From Octopus vulgaris (lineage: Eukaryota), in the NCBI GenBank assembly GCA_951406725.2, contig OX597816.1, forward strand, positions 136,710,001 through 136,774,000: DNA of 64,000 nt. Reading direction: 5' to 3'. The position numbers and the translations under genes are program-made. Below, one piece after another: positions 39,532 to 53,625 of this stretch. Below the pieces are notes generated by a model. That model saw only the letters and a program-made list of their open reading frames with translations. It was not told where the DNA came from and made no database searches. The first letter of the stretch is position 1; every line of letters begins with the position of its first letter.

Positions 39532-41249
39532 AAAATAATGTAAACATGAAAGCAAACAATTATGTCGACACAGGATAACCTTTTTTGAAGGGAAATCTGA
39601 GTAAAGACAAGCAGGTCTTAACCGACCTGTTTTTTATTCCAGATATATTCCTTATCGCAGTATGAAAATCATATGTTTTTTTTAATACGGTAAAGTAGCT
39701 TTTGAGGAAGATTTGACTGCAAGTTCTGGTAGGTCGAGCGACAGCATATAGGTTTTGTCGTTGGCTCGGAAAGCAAGCTGTATTTGACCTGGCTGATTAC
39801 ACTAAGAAGTTCCTTTCTGGTTCCAATATCCATTGAAAAGTGAGTCTGTCGTTATTCACCGTGTGACTCAACGATTCAATAGAATGAATTAAATCCATGT
39901 ACGCTTCAGTACACGTATGAACAGATACTTTTCATGCTTAGAACCAACTTTCTCTGCTTGTTAGAACTGATTAATAGCCGAACGTAAAATGGGGCAGTCA
40001 TCAGAACAGTTAGCTAAGGAAAAACCATCGGGAAATATGTTTTCAAGTTAATATCATTTTAAAACGTGTTAAAGTGCTATTTGCCTTGTTTAGTTTTTCA
40101 TGCGGAAATCTAATATTTTTCTCGAAGGAGTGTTGGAGTGCTTATAAATCATTACTTTCACCCTCCTTCTTTGTGTGTGCGTGCGTGCGCGCGGAGTGTA
40201 CAGTCAAGTAGCTCCTCTCTCTTGATATCTTACTTGCTCTTGCATAGTCGTAAGATTTCGCCTGAGAAATCTTTCACTTGTATTATTATTACTATTATTA
40301 TAATATTTGTATTACGTTGACGTAATTTTTTTTTTTTTTTTGCTTTTTCTTATGATTACGATACAAAACTTGTTTATTCCGATATGGTGTGAACATTTTA
40401 ATAATACAAAAATAGAGAGAGATTTGTTATTCTACGAGTAATTGTATATATGAGAGTAAATTAATTCTTTCATATAAAAATATTGGCAGAGTCAGATTGT
40501 CGGGCGACATCATAGCGGTTACCGACCTATGATTCAGTGAGTACTGGATTGAGAAATAGAAAGGAATTACTGAAATAGTTCGATATTCGTGACATCAAAG
40601 AAACATGAGGAAAAATTCTTGATATCAATCATATCGAATATTTTTGGGAGAAAATATTCGGCAAAAGCATAAAACAGCAACATTAGGAGAAAGCCTGCTG
40701 ATACATCTTGAATGAAATGGCAGAAAAAATAGCTGAATCAACTGATAAAAATCCGATCAATAAATATATTGTTTAAAGCTAAGCTTCCCTCACTCTTATA
40801 CTTGCAATTCTCTCCCTTATCTCTCTCCTTCATCCCCATTTTCTGCGATTTACCAGCCATCTTATTTATAGCATACGTTCTTTGTTTTTCCAATTAATAT
40901 GCATTTTATGAAAACACAGCTATCTAATTTGGGATCAATATTCTCTCTGTAAGCTCCTGTCGAGTCGAGTGGTTTCGATTCAGAGAAGAAAGCATTTCAT
41001 GCCACTGACGCGTTTGAAAATATTATGAATAACAAAACATCTGATCATCACATTCCTCTCTTCTAAATACATAGAAGTTACAGCATCAGTAATATAAACA
41101 GTAGAATATGGACAAGCAACTTAATAGTTACACGTTCGAGGTATGAAACCGAACTTAAAACTAAACAGAAAGAAACAACACCAACAAAACTATTGCTTTC
41201 CTAGAATTTAATTTAACTTCGTCAATATATTCCCTTCTCCTAACGATAT

Positions 41250-42100
41250 ACTATATCCAAAGTTTTCCCCCAGTTAGGAGTGCAACTTACGCAGTGAATT
41301 TTCTTCCCTGTCTTCTTATCGTCTGGAATCGGAGACATTTCAGGCGGATTTTGACTTCGGAAACAAACAAAATCTGCTGATCCCTATTCTGAAAACCGAA
41401 ATAGTTAAAGCACTAGAAACGTTTCGTGCGTTGCCAAAACGTAATGGATAAGGTGTAGTGCTTGAGAAGGTATATTATCGCCAGGCAGCATCTAGGTTTT
41501 ATTTGTTCATGCCTCAATCAAGTGCCTTCGTTTGTATTGCTTTTCTCCAACGGCTAAGGAGGTCCAAGTAAAAACTTTCAATTGACCGTCTGATTAGGTC
41601 GAACAAACTCGTGATGAAAGACGCGCTTACAATGAAAATCGATCGTTACATTATATTTGAGCGACACACACGTGCATTTTGAGGTTGTGACGATGATAAT
41701 CTTAGCCCACTGCGATAATGGCCGTTTTGTTTCGACATCGTAACTGCACATCCACATTTCATCGCTTCCTATGACACTTTTTAGAAAGATTTAATCTTCT
41801 TTGGAACAATGAAACAGCTCCTAATTGACTCATTTTCATTTCTCGTTTTGTTCATCTCTCAGCAGATACGGGAAAAATTTTCAGAAAGCAAAATCATATG
41901 GTACAAAACTACTGATGCCTCACCACTCACTCTTTAGAAACTTCGCCAGACGATGGCTTTTCACGGATTGCAGCTGTAACGTGCATTTTCGTGATGTGAT
42001 GGTCAACCGTTCTTGTAAAGTATCGTCCAGATTTGGGACCGTCTTTGCTGATTGTTCTTACTCATTTGCAATGCTGGTATAACGATGGTTTGCCAATTTA
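41250..42100 (-). pseudogene. Degenerate mariner transposase remnant
   Basis: Minus strand reads IFLKSVIGSDEMWMCSYDVETKRPLSQW (compare ITGDETWVYGYDVETK), followed by HHEFVRPNQTVN. Confidence 0.72.
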
Positions 42101-43464
42101 TATGGTGATTATTCTTCCGAGTAGGATTCGGAATTTATGTCAGTTGATCGCCAATTTATAACGGTGTGATTGATCGCCTACTTTATAACCGGCGTGAATA
42201 TTGAGAAGAAATGATGAGTGGCATTTTATAATAGTGGAAATTTATCTGTAACAATTAGATGATTTTATCTATTTATCACGTGTTCGACTTGAAATTATAA
42301 TTAAATATAAATATTTCTTGAGTAGGAATCTATAGTGATAAATCCGTCACTTATACCTTAATCATAAATATTTATCACCATACATAAATCCAAGCTCAGA
42401 CTACATAAACGTTGTAGTGAGTTATACACACTAAGACGCTGAACGTGCATGTATGCTGAAGATAATAAAGGTCACTCTATTTTACCGCTATAGTAACAAT
42501 TTCATAGTTACGAAAATAAATTTCATGAACAGGTTGAAGAAAATGAAGAAAAAGAAATTATTTACTAAATTAGTTTGTTTACGTACATTTAATATTTACA
42601 GTACATTTTTATAAGTCAAAAGAAGACTATCGTAGAGAGATACGACATAAAATTTATATTAACTAATTCTTCCATAACTAAGCTACAAGAGTTTTAAACA
42701 ATTCAAAATAGCCTTGTTGAATTAGATAAGAAACTTGACATGGCAATGGCCAATATCCCAAGAAAGTGAGTGTCGTGGAATCAAGTGACAACCAACGAAC
42801 ACTGGTTTATTTCCCCAAAATCAGGGCTTTTATAACTGCTTATATCTGAATTCTAAGAACTGTATTTCGTGAAAGATTTCTTTTTGACGAAAGTTAGAAT
42901 TCAAATATGGGCAGTAATTGTAACCAATGGGAAACTAATAATTATACCTATTCGGCCAACATGACCATGATGTCATATTACCGCCGATAAAAGGTTTATT
43001 AATAAGACTTGCTACACTGGTAACTCTCGTGTCATTGTGTTCACCTCAAAACAATCCTTTCCACAGGCCTGTTGTAAGATAAGAAAAGTTCCGATCAAAT
43101 TTTTACCCGGTTTGAAGGAGAATTTTACATAGAGATTTTGCACTTCACCATCGTTCATTTTTTACTTTGCGACAAAACGTCAAATGCACGAAATATACGT
43201 CGACTCTAGCACAAGTAGTTCGGTGACAAATATACGTGACGTGATGTAATAGTTATTTAATGTCAAGGTAGCCATGCGCGTCACCGCACTCAGGAGCATA
43301 TTGCATCCGCTAGTTGGCATGCTGTTTTAAGAAGTCAGATTATTTATGGATAGACATCGTGTGTTATGTGTGTGTGTGTTTACATTCACACATATACATA
43401 CATATATATATACACACACACACAATCTCATCAAAGGCAAATCATTGTGTTTTGGTTCAATATG

Positions 43465-44013
43465 TTACTAGATTGTTGGGAATCAGCCGTTCTTTCCTCT
43501 GCTTCATATTGACGTGAAGACACCAGTTTTCATTGCCGCTGACGATGAAAAGAAATCTCTACTATTGTCTGCGAATAGTTTGGTGTCGCTCGAGCAGTCT
43601 GGCGGTGATAAAAGAATGCAGAAGTTTGTTTCTTTTTTTCTGAAGGTGTGGCACCTGTGCACCGAGTTCTTAGGCCTTACCCATCGAGTGAAGGTGGCGG
43701 GCGAAGGTATCATTAAAGCATCCCACCTGCTGAGCCAAATCGCTAGTAGATGAGTTCGTGGATGAGTTTGTTCAATCGATTCTCTTGAAACTGAACAGGT
43801 CAGCCAGAACACGGAGAGTCTGGAGAGTCGAATTTCCCCTCTTTGAAGTGTGGAAACCATTTCTGTGCAGTTCTTTCGGTAATAGCACCTTCCCCGTGTA
43901 CAGCACAAATGTCTCGAGCAGCTTTGGAACCAGTATTGGAACCTTAACTGAAAGTGTGAAGAAGCAGGTGTCCAAAATACTCATTCTTTTTACACCTGCC
44001 ACTTCGTCGTCAT
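43465..44013 (-). pseudogene. Mariner transposase N-terminal remnant
   Basis: A minus frame absent from the ORF track reads KNEYFGHLLLHTFS*GSNTGSKAARDICAVHGEGAITERTAQKWFPHFKEGKFD..SG*PVQF, then STSDLAQQVGC..TFARHLHSMGK. Confidence 0.85.
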
Positions 44014-45071
44014 ATATCTGGAAAGAAGTTAAGTTTATTCAAATTTTAAAAACGATATGTATGTATGTATGTATGCATACATGAGTGTATGTGTGTATGC
44101 GCGCGCGCGTGTGTGTGTGTACGTATTTGCAGGCTTGATCAAATGAGTTTAGTTTTCTATTCTTGACGGCAACAACTATTTTATGGCAAAAGAAGCAATA
44201 TAGTGGAATAGGCTACATGGTTTCAGGTGGAAAGGGGCATCTTCAGCCACGTCTGAGAGAGAGAGAAAGAGACAGAAAATAGAGAGAGAGAGGGGATGAG
44301 AGAGAGGAGAGACAGACAGAGACAGAGAAAGAACGTGTTTTCTGGTAAAAGTCTAGGAATGTGTAAAAGTACCTGCTATTGTTTCTATTGAGTTTTATTC
44401 TTTCTATTACAGTTTGTTAAAGATATTAAACTGCATCCATTGGTGAGTCCCTAGCTCAGGAGTTATGGGAAGTGTAGATTTTACCTTTAATCTGCATTAC
44501 TCCCCCGATTCGCTCTGTCACGATGTGTCAAGGGCCCTGGTTACGTGTCAAAAAGCAGAAAATGTGAATTAGGTGTTTCCGAGAAAATATGTATTGAGTG
44601 TTTTGCTTTTAAACTGCCAGACTTAATCAGCCAAAGACTCGGAAGGGCCAGGCCCACATACAAGTGTAATACAGGCCCAAGCAGTATGTAGACATGTCTT
44701 GATATTATGTGAATCAGTCCCCCAGCTTAACTGCTTGACAAACACTTTAATTTAACAACCGTCATATGATGAAAGGTAAAAATTGACTTGAACGTGATTC
44801 GAACTCAGGATATAAAAAGCTGTAACTAACTACCATTGAGTATTTTGCCCGACGCTCTGATAATTCTGCCAATCTATTAATCAGACCTATGGTCGCAAGT
44901 GTTCCAGCTGTAGCCAATCCGTCTTTTTGAATATCAAGAACTACATTGTTCAAAGTACCTGCCTTAATTGAAGACGGAATCGTGCTGTAAGTCTGGTACT
45001 TGATGACAGATGGATGTAGAGTGATGTTGTGGAAAATAACTGTAAATTTGATGTTAATGTAAGGTTAAGGC

Positions 45072-45315
45072 AAAGCGGTGAACTGGCAGAATCGTCAGCA
45101 CACCAGCCAAAATGCATCATTTCGTCCGTCTTTACATTCTAGGTTCATATTCCGCCGAGCTCGACTTCGCCTTTCATTCTATCGGGGTCGATTAAATAAG
45201 TACCAGTTGAACACTGGGGTCGATTAAATAAGTACCAGTTGAACACTGGGGTCGATGCAATCAGCTTACTCCCTCCTCCGAACTTGCTAGCCTTGTGCCA
45301 AAATTTGGAACTAAT
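45072..45315 (+). mobile_element. MetaSINE-type SINE with an internal 32-bp tandem duplication
   Basis: Family head and core are present. ggggtcgattaaataagtaccagttgaacact is repeated twice at about 45184-45247. Confidence 0.8.
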
Positions 45316-46394
45316 ATAAAGTTTATGTCAAATTCTTTGAACGTTTTTATAAAGATGTTCCGTGTTCTGTGTTATGCCTATTCTCGTTTCAGAAGACTAT
45401 GATACGACAAAGCTTTCTATAGACTTTATCATAGATGCTGAATCACTATTGTTTTATTACTATTGTCACTGGTGTATTCATGATCCAAAACAAAAGCAGT
45501 TACTATATTTAACTTTTTTTTTTTTTTTATTATTTTTCCAGTTGTTTAATACAAAATATAGTAATCTGTCTCTTTGTCTTTCTTCGTGTTGTTTCTAGAA
45601 TGCAACAAAAATTCTGTAGTTTTTAGCCATCTATCGGCAAACTTATAACCTAATGGTTTTTGACGCGGAACTTTCTTTTTAGAAATAGTCGTTTTCAGAT
45701 CAGGCTGTCAATCATAAAAAAGTATGGAGTCTGAAAGCTATAAATAATCGTAGTGCGAGGAAAGAAATCAAAAGCACAAAGATCGTTTCGGCTGTTTTTA
45801 TTTCGTGAAATAACAGACAACTCGAATTTTATTTTCTTTTTCTCCTTCTGTTTCCTTTTCTGAATTTTTGCTTCGTGTTTGTTTGTTTTTATGATATTCT
45901 TTTAATTGTTATTATTCTATGAACAAATTCCATCGAAATATTATATATACATGTTGTAGAGTTGTAAGAATTTTGTTCAAGCAAATACAATAAATAAATA
46001 AATAAAATTAAATGAACAAAATAAATGAATAAATAATTAGAAAATGAATAAACTTTAAGGGAAATATGTAATACTGACTTTCTCGTTTCCTCCACAAACT
46101 TTCAAGCCCCGCATGAACTTACTTTCGCAGAGAGAACAAATATGTAAGATGTGAGTCAGTATATTTATTTTATTTATCCATCCATCTGTTCATCCGTCCA
46201 ACCGTCCATCTGTCCATTCATTCATTCATTCATTCACAACTAACGTTGTGTTCAGTTTTGGATTTAGGCAAACTATAAACAAGCTATAGTTTAGGCCTTC
46301 ACAATCCGCAAGGTCATCGAAATAAGGAAAAGGGATATATATTTTTAAGTATTGTACGACTTTCTGGTGGAAGTTTTAACAAGATGTCACTAAG

Positions 46395-46443
<49 letters not shown>

Positions 46444-46447
<4 letters not shown>

Positions 46448-47990
46448 AATTGAGATAGGGGTTGTAAATGCAACCCTCCATGGGATAACATATATCCAAT
46501 ATACTGCTAGTGAAGTACCCAACAAGGTTAATACATAAATGTTAAGGATTGCGATGCAATCAATTCATTTACTGTATTATATGGGCAAAGGTAAAATGTT
46601 TTACCACAAATTCATAATACAAAATAAGAAAATGGAGAAATACATCTAAATCAAATATCAATTACCAGATAATACTCAATCACATACTTTATTAAACCAC
46701 CACATAAGAAACTATAGGGTTAAACATAAAAAAGTAGAGCAAAACAGCGTACATAAAGGAGTATACATAAAAAAGTGTACATAAAAGAGTAATGTTATAC
46801 AATAAGTAGAATATATATAAGAGAATATAAATATAAGTAAATATAAATATAAATATAGATTACATCTTACAGCTGTTTCGGCCATGTAGATAAGTATGTC
46901 TCATTTTACTCACATTAGCCTTTTATGGTAGGTCAATGTGTAGTTATAAATGAGACATTTACAAAAATATCATAAGGCCTCTTCGGAGATTATGTGATAT
47001 AAATCAGTCTATATATATACCCATATGGGTTCGGGTATATACCCACAATACATCATATACATATACATATGAGTGCATATACTCACACTCCTATACATAT
47101 AAATACATACATATACATAATGATATAAATAATATAAATTAGTAAACATACATATGTTCTATACTCAATGTTACAGTTTTTCAACCTAATATTGTGATAA
47201 TAAACATACACATATTAATACTGTGATAATAAACATACACATATTAATACCTAAATGCAGATATACAGAGTCAATAGTACATTATATTAATTCCTACTAA
47301 TTTCTAAAGTGTCATTAAAGTTAGCATCATTATCATTGTCAATACCATTAATGCTACCAATATCATCATTCATATTATTATTAATAACGCTAATATTAGA
47401 AAAAACAATTTATATTCCATTATTAGCAATATAGTCACAATAGTACTACAATACCATGTAAAGTGTTAAATATCCGCATATACATACGAAGTATGAAGTA
47501 CAAGCATTCTGTTTACACTACGTAAGGATCCATAGTTGCACAATATGTACGTCCGGACGTACATATAACCAGCAATTGTAAAAATACACTCGACTGCTCT
47601 TTGAAAGAAAACCATCTTGATAAAAATATTATTTATAGATATCAAGTGATTACCAGAACAACTACGGCCAACAATTTTAAGAAATGCTTTTACACACATA
47701 CTCACTCGTTCAAAAACCCTAAATTGGCTTACTCAACCTCACTGGCCGATCATGTCTGGCAGTTTAAAAGCAAAACACCCAATACATATTACAATGGAAC
47801 AGTGAAATTTGCGATCCCGTACACGGGAGAACAAGAACCATGCAGACTGTGCAGCCAAGAACCAACTCAAACGAAATTAACTTATCAACAATTGCAAACC
47901 ACAAGATTCTTAGAATATTAAGCTCTCTTATACGCGGACATCGAATCTATCTTAACCTTAATCATTGGAACCAGATTCTCTCGATCTATA
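46444..47990. mobile_element. Penelope-like element remnant: inverted hammerhead-bearing repeat plus GIY-YIG fragment
   Basis: 47601-47921(+) reads KNIIYRYQV..NNFKKCFYTHTHSFKN...STSLADHVWQFK...PY.G...CRLC, the PLE endonuclease pattern with the YIG segment lost. A hammerhead lies upstream on the opposite strand. Confidence 0.7.
46864..46990 (-). ncRNA. Type I hammerhead ribozyme-like motif, U4C variant, long stem II
   Basis: Minus strand atct-CCGAAGA-ggcc[~90 nt with inner stem tgtctcattt/aaatgagaca]ggcc-GAAA-cagctg-TA-agat. Confidence 0.7.
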
Positions 47991-48334
47991 TGCTACAGTT
48001 GATTCCTACTAGTAACTTACCCACTTCTCACCTTAATCATCTGATAATTTAGTCTTTCTCCTATTTGAACATCTGTTACTCTCTTTCTTGTTCTGATGGC
48101 CATATTCCTTCATATCTATATCTGTGTATCCCTGTGCATGTACTTATTTATGTATGCATATATATCGGTATGTATCTATGTATGTTTATATATTATTATA
48201 TTTCTAAGTATCTATATGTGTGAGTGGGTAGCTTCATATATGTGCGTGTGTATGTATATATGTATCTGTATATTTATGTATATTTATGTGTATATGTGCA
48301 TGCAAATGTATATATGCGTGTGTATATGTATATG

Positions 48335-48424
<90 letters not shown>

Positions 48425-48580
48425 CATACATACATACATATATGCATAGATATCTATATGTATGTCTCTATATAAGTTTTTATGCATCCACATATATATG
48501 TCTGTGCGTGTGTATGTGCGAGTGTTTGTGTGTGTGCGTGTGTGTGTGTGTGTGCGTGCGTGTGTATATATATATATATA

Positions 48581-49324
48581 TGTAACAGTTTTGATTTGTT
48601 AAGTACACAATATTGTGAAATGTCGGTGGAGGCAGTGGTAACGATAATAATTTGTGGTTATTATTGCATGTTGTAAGATGTAAATGATAGACAATATATG
48701 AAGTTGTAAGAAAGTATTTATTTACCGTTACGTTACAATACCTTGCCTCGACGGACGGTTATAATAAATCCTAAAGCATGCGAAAGTTAAGTTAGATGTG
48801 GGAGAATTTTTTGTGCTTGGTTTGGCGTACACAAATTGTTAGTAGTAATTGTTGAGACAGATAGATAAGTGTGTAGTGTAAGAGAACAGAATTCGAGCCA
48901 GTGAGAGTGAGAGTGAGAGAGTGTGGGACGTTGTCTGACAGTAAACTTCATTTCTCCCTCTGACCAAGGTTGGTCAGCCAGACCTCGTTGAGTCGTCACG
49001 ATGTGACTGACTGCATGAGTCGTCACCCGGCTGGCGACTAACTGATTTTTGCTTGGGATGTGCTTGCTTATATTAAAATCCAGAAGGATAGATATATCAT
49101 TGAGAACAATAGATTTAGTTGGTGGTCTTGTTATCTATTCTAGCTTTTGGTGAAGTAGAAGAGGTTAGAAAGGGTCAAGTAGTGAAGACATTAATTGCGG
49201 CCAAGCTAAAAGGCATCTGGAAAATGTAAAAACTGCTGTCGGAGAAAAACCATTGTTCCGTCGTGGGAACAGTTCTGTAGCAGTGTTGATTTAAATTTGG
49301 CTATGGTGGATCGAATCCACTTCA
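48581..49324. repeat. Dispersed repeat, possibly a solo LTR; related copy at about 61696-62190
   Basis: Both copies begin tgtaacagtt and share atttatttaccgttac..aataccttgc.tcgac and ggtcagccagac. No TSD or PBS confirmed. Confidence 0.4.
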
Positions 49325-49346
49325 TGCATGCAAGATTCTATACACA

Positions 49347-49406
<60 letters not shown>

Positions 49407-49446
49407 TACATACATACATACATACATACATACATACATACATACA

Positions 49447-49515
<69 letters not shown>

Positions 49516-50386
49516 TACTATATAGAATACGTTGTCTGTGTGTGTATCGTCTATGCACGGCCAAACCTCTGGATCAATTTGTATTATACTTGGGGTACAT
49601 GAATAATTTGACCTGGGAAGTAATAATACCGTCTTGACTTTTTTTTTTTTTGAAAATAAGTAATAGTTTTATATATATAATAAAGATTCACATCTTCAAA
49701 CCATTTTGTCAATGTCAACTTCCCGTATCTGGCGATCTGACCTAGTAACTAAGTAACCAGTTATTTACACACATGTATACATCATTACAGTTGTGACGAT
49801 TTCTGATAAATTAGAATTTCTAAAGTTAATTTCATTTTTTACATTCTTCTCCAGCTTTCTATTTGTGTATCTGTGCGTTCAGGTTCATTTCTGTAAAAAT
49901 TTTCCAATATCAACAGGGGTGCTTCATATATAAGATATATATTTATATGTGTGTAAATACATTCTACTCGGAGATAGACATCGCTGTTTCATATGTTGTA
50001 AAAAAAACTTTCCAATGTCAACAGGTCTGCTTCATATATAAGATATATATATGTATATATTTATGTATGTGTAAATACATTCTACACGGATATAGCTGCC
50101 TCTTTTTCATATGTCAGTAGATCTGTTAAGATATATATTAATGCGAGTGTGTGCGTGAAAATACATTGAATATGGAGATAGACGCTTTCTTTTTCAAATG
50201 TCTGTTTCAGGTCTGTTTCATATATATGATATTTATTATTGTGTGTGTGTGAGTTCGTGTGTGTGTAAATAGATTCCATACGGAGATAGAGGCTTTTTTT
50301 TTCATATGCGAACAGGTTTGTTTTATATATATAAGACATATATTTGTCTTACTATATAAAATACGTTGTTTGTGTTTGTGTCCTCA

Positions 50387-51380
50387 ATGCACAAAATCAA
50401 CTGGGATCTCTTGCAGCTGTTGCTAGGACAAGAACAGTCTTTCAAATCCCTCGACACTATCATTGATCAGGACCAGGTTGTAGTTTCTCCAATTGAGTTC
50501 CTGAACTCTCTACAGTCATCTAGGATGCCACCTCACCACTTAACACTTAAAAAGGAGGCCCCAATCATGCTGCTCAGGAACCTGGATTCACCTCGTCTGT
50601 GCAATGGCACCAGACTGATGGTGAAAGTGATACGACCCTATGCCCTAGAGGAAACAATCATGACTGGGAACTTATAAGGGTGAAGATGTCTTCATTCCAC
50701 GGATCCCTTAATCCCATATGACCTCCCCTTTGAATCTAAACAGTTCCAGTTCCCAGTGAAACTAAGTTTCTCTATGTCAATAAACAAATCTCTAGGACAG
50801 TCTCTCAAAGTTGTTGGACTTCACCTTGCTTCTCCTTGTACTTACTTGTACTTGTGGCGACATTCACCCTGGGTGGGTTGAGTCGGTTTCTTCCACCACC
50901 CTCGAGGCATCTCGAACAATGGCAGTGGAAGAAGTTTCGTGGGAATATAAATTTCACAAGCGGTGCCCAACAATCCCGCATGTAGAGACATCCTGTTTGC
51001 CGCAGATTGTCCGCAGACGCAGGGACAGAATGACTGATGAGCCGCCGGTTCCCGAAACAGACACTCCGAGGATTTTCACCAGAACCCCGTCTGCCGGGTT
51101 GTGGCCCTAATACCACTCGGTGTCAGACCAATCCGCTTTGGGTGGCCCTACCAGGAACCGAAGTTCCCGACGGCATAGCTCTGACACTACCCGTTGCCAG
51201 CGTCCCCACCACGGTGAGGAGGGGATGGACTTTGGGGGCGCTTCTCCATGCTTCTCTCATGGGCGATTATATGTAGGATGTTCGCGAGTTGAAAGCCCCC
51301 AAAATCTTTTCATTTATACACCAATTAAAGGACACATTCAAAACATTGTATATTTAGAAGCTCTAGATAATAAACTGTGA
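50387..51380 (+). pseudogene. Helitron PIF1-helicase C-terminal fragment split by a retro-insertion
   Basis: EFLNSL..MPPHHLTLKKEAPIMLLRNL...LCNGTRL, QFPVKLSFSMSINKSLGQSLKVVGLHL, then after the insert ASPCFSHGRLYVGCSRV. Confidence 0.88.
50839..51239 (-). mobile_element. Short non-autonomous RTE-derived retroelement
   Basis: TSD GCTTCTCC (50828-50835, 51240-51247; 11 bp with one mismatch). Minus-strand 3' tail caagtacaagtaagta. The 5' part agagctatgccg...gtagggccacccaa.gcgga..ggtc resembles the RTE/BovB 5' UTR motif. Confidence 0.75.
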
Positions 51381-52107
51381 TTGATTTCTGGATTTGTTTC
51401 AATACATTTGTTTATACTCACGTCACCTGATAGAATATTTGTTAAATGTATCTATTAATAGCTCAAATTTATGCATTTTCAGGGTCAACGTGTTTCAAAT
51501 AAGTACTGACAATTGAAGGTGATTGCAAAGACAAAGAACCACCTGCTTTTTTTTAAACAATTTTAACTGTGAGACAAAACATCTTATTGATATATACAGT
51601 TGGTACCTCAGCTAATAACTGTTGAGAACTGTATAAACCATGTTTCATTTTACTTAGAGATTTAAACGGCATACTTAAATTTCATTATTTTCAATAACCT
51701 GGGAAACGCCTGGTTATTAACGTATAAAGATGGTTATCTCAGCTACTAGGAGGTGAGACATGCGCAGTCTATGTCTCATGTTAAAGTTCTAAAAGGCAAT
51801 ATAAGTTTCATTATTTTCTTTAACCCGAAAATTTCTGCTAGTACATATATATACATATAAATATATGCCGATGCACATAGCTATGTTTTTTACTTATCTA
51901 TTTATTTATCTTACATGCATAACTATACATTTGTGTATATGCATCTATGTGTATGTCTTTGTATATATCTATATGCGTGTCTCTATGTATGAGCGTCTGT
52001 ATACATACGTGTGTATATATTGGTGCGTATATCCGTATGTTTATGTATATATGTACCCGCATATATATATATATATATGTGTGTGTGTGTCTGTGTCTGT
52101 GTGTGCG

Positions 52108-52477
<370 letters not shown>

Positions 52478-52708
52478 CGCAGGGTCGACCAAAGCCTTGT
52501 GAGTGGTTTTAGCAGATGATTGCATTGTTCAATTAAATGGAGTTGCTTGAAACGATCGTACTGCAATACCTCTGGATATCTTTGTTGCTTATCTTGATCT
52601 TAATCACCTTATTTTGAAATTATATGGATAATACCGTAATAAATTCTGGTGCCTCGACTTAAGTACCATATTCATCTGAATCTATATATATTTATATACA
52701 TGCATGTA

Positions 52709-52791
<83 letters not shown>

Positions 52792-52864
52792 GTATGTGTG
52801 TTTTTTCCAGTGTTTATGTATGTATGTATAAAGAGGTAAAAAGAGCTCAATTCCAGCATGTAAT

Positions 52865-53389
52865 TTTTCTTTACTTGTTTCAGTCATTCGACTGTGGTCA
52901 TGCTTGTGCACCACCTTGAAGGGATTTTGATCGAACAAATCGACTCCAGGGCTGTTTTCTAAAATCCTGGTACTTATACTATCAGTTGTTTTGCCGAATC
53001 GCTCTGTCACAGGGACATAAACACACCAACACTAGTTTTCAAGAGGTGGTGGTGGGGAAAACACTGATACAAAGGCACACACACAAATAGATATATACAT
53101 ACATATATATACATATATATAAGGCGGCGTGCTGGCAGAAACGTTAGCGCGCCGGGCGAAATACTTAGCGGTATTTCGTCTACTGTTACGTTCTGAGTTC
53201 AAATTCCGCCGAGGTAGACTTTGCCTTTCATCCTTTCGGGTCGATAAATAAAGTACCAGTTTCGCACTGGGATCGGTGCAATCGACTTAATCCCTTTGTC
53301 TGTCCTTGTTTGTCCCCTCTATGTTTAGCCCCTTGTGGGTAGTAAAGAAATATATATATACATATATATATACATATAAATATACATAC

Positions 53390-53438
<49 letters not shown>

Positions 53439-53625
53439 CATATATATATGTATGCATGTATATATACATATACGTTGGGCTTCTTTCAGTTTCCTTCTAC
53501 CAAATCCACTTATAAGGCTTTGATTAGCCCTAGTTTATAGTAGAAGACACTTGCCAGATGTGCCATTGAATCCTGAAATATGTGGTTGGGAAGCAAGCTT
53601 ATTAACACACAGCCATGCCTGCATC
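52865..53625 (-). mobile_element. CORE-like SINE (reverse) interrupted in its internal microsatellite by a MetaSINE
   Basis: Tail half at 52865-53090, head half at 53475-53625, with the inserted SINE between them. Confidence 0.75.
53121..53350 (+). mobile_element. Full-length MetaSINE-type SINE
   Basis: aaggcggcgtgctggcagaaacgttagc...gagttcaaattccgccgagg...gcctttcatcctttcgggtcgataaataaagtacc...agtaaagaaata. Confidence 0.82.

Larger units (their letters stand above)
49668..51841 (+). mobile_element. Internally deleted Helitron with ~100-bp subrepeats and a helicase remnant
   Basis: Diverged tandem units at about 49880-50350, PIF1 C-terminal remnant, hairpin aataacctgggaaacgcctggttatt near 51694, and terminus ctgCTAG|T. 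The 5' limit is approximate. Confidence 0.7.

Noticed and set aside
43504-44084. Overlapping 76-134 aa ORFs with an apparent splice acceptor near 44018
   Set aside because: The real signal is a stop-containing mariner transposase in another minus frame. The listed ORFs are shadows of it.
51030-51062. ctgatgag...cgaaac hammerhead-like spacing on the + strand
   Set aside because: Stem II has only one pair, stems I and III cannot be closed, and it is antisense to the host element.
50805-51276. GC-rich ORFs of 79-103 aa as a gene captured by the Helitron
   Set aside because: The segment is TSD-bounded with a retro-type tail and interrupts the helicase frame. It is a later retro-insertion and the peptides match nothing I recognise.
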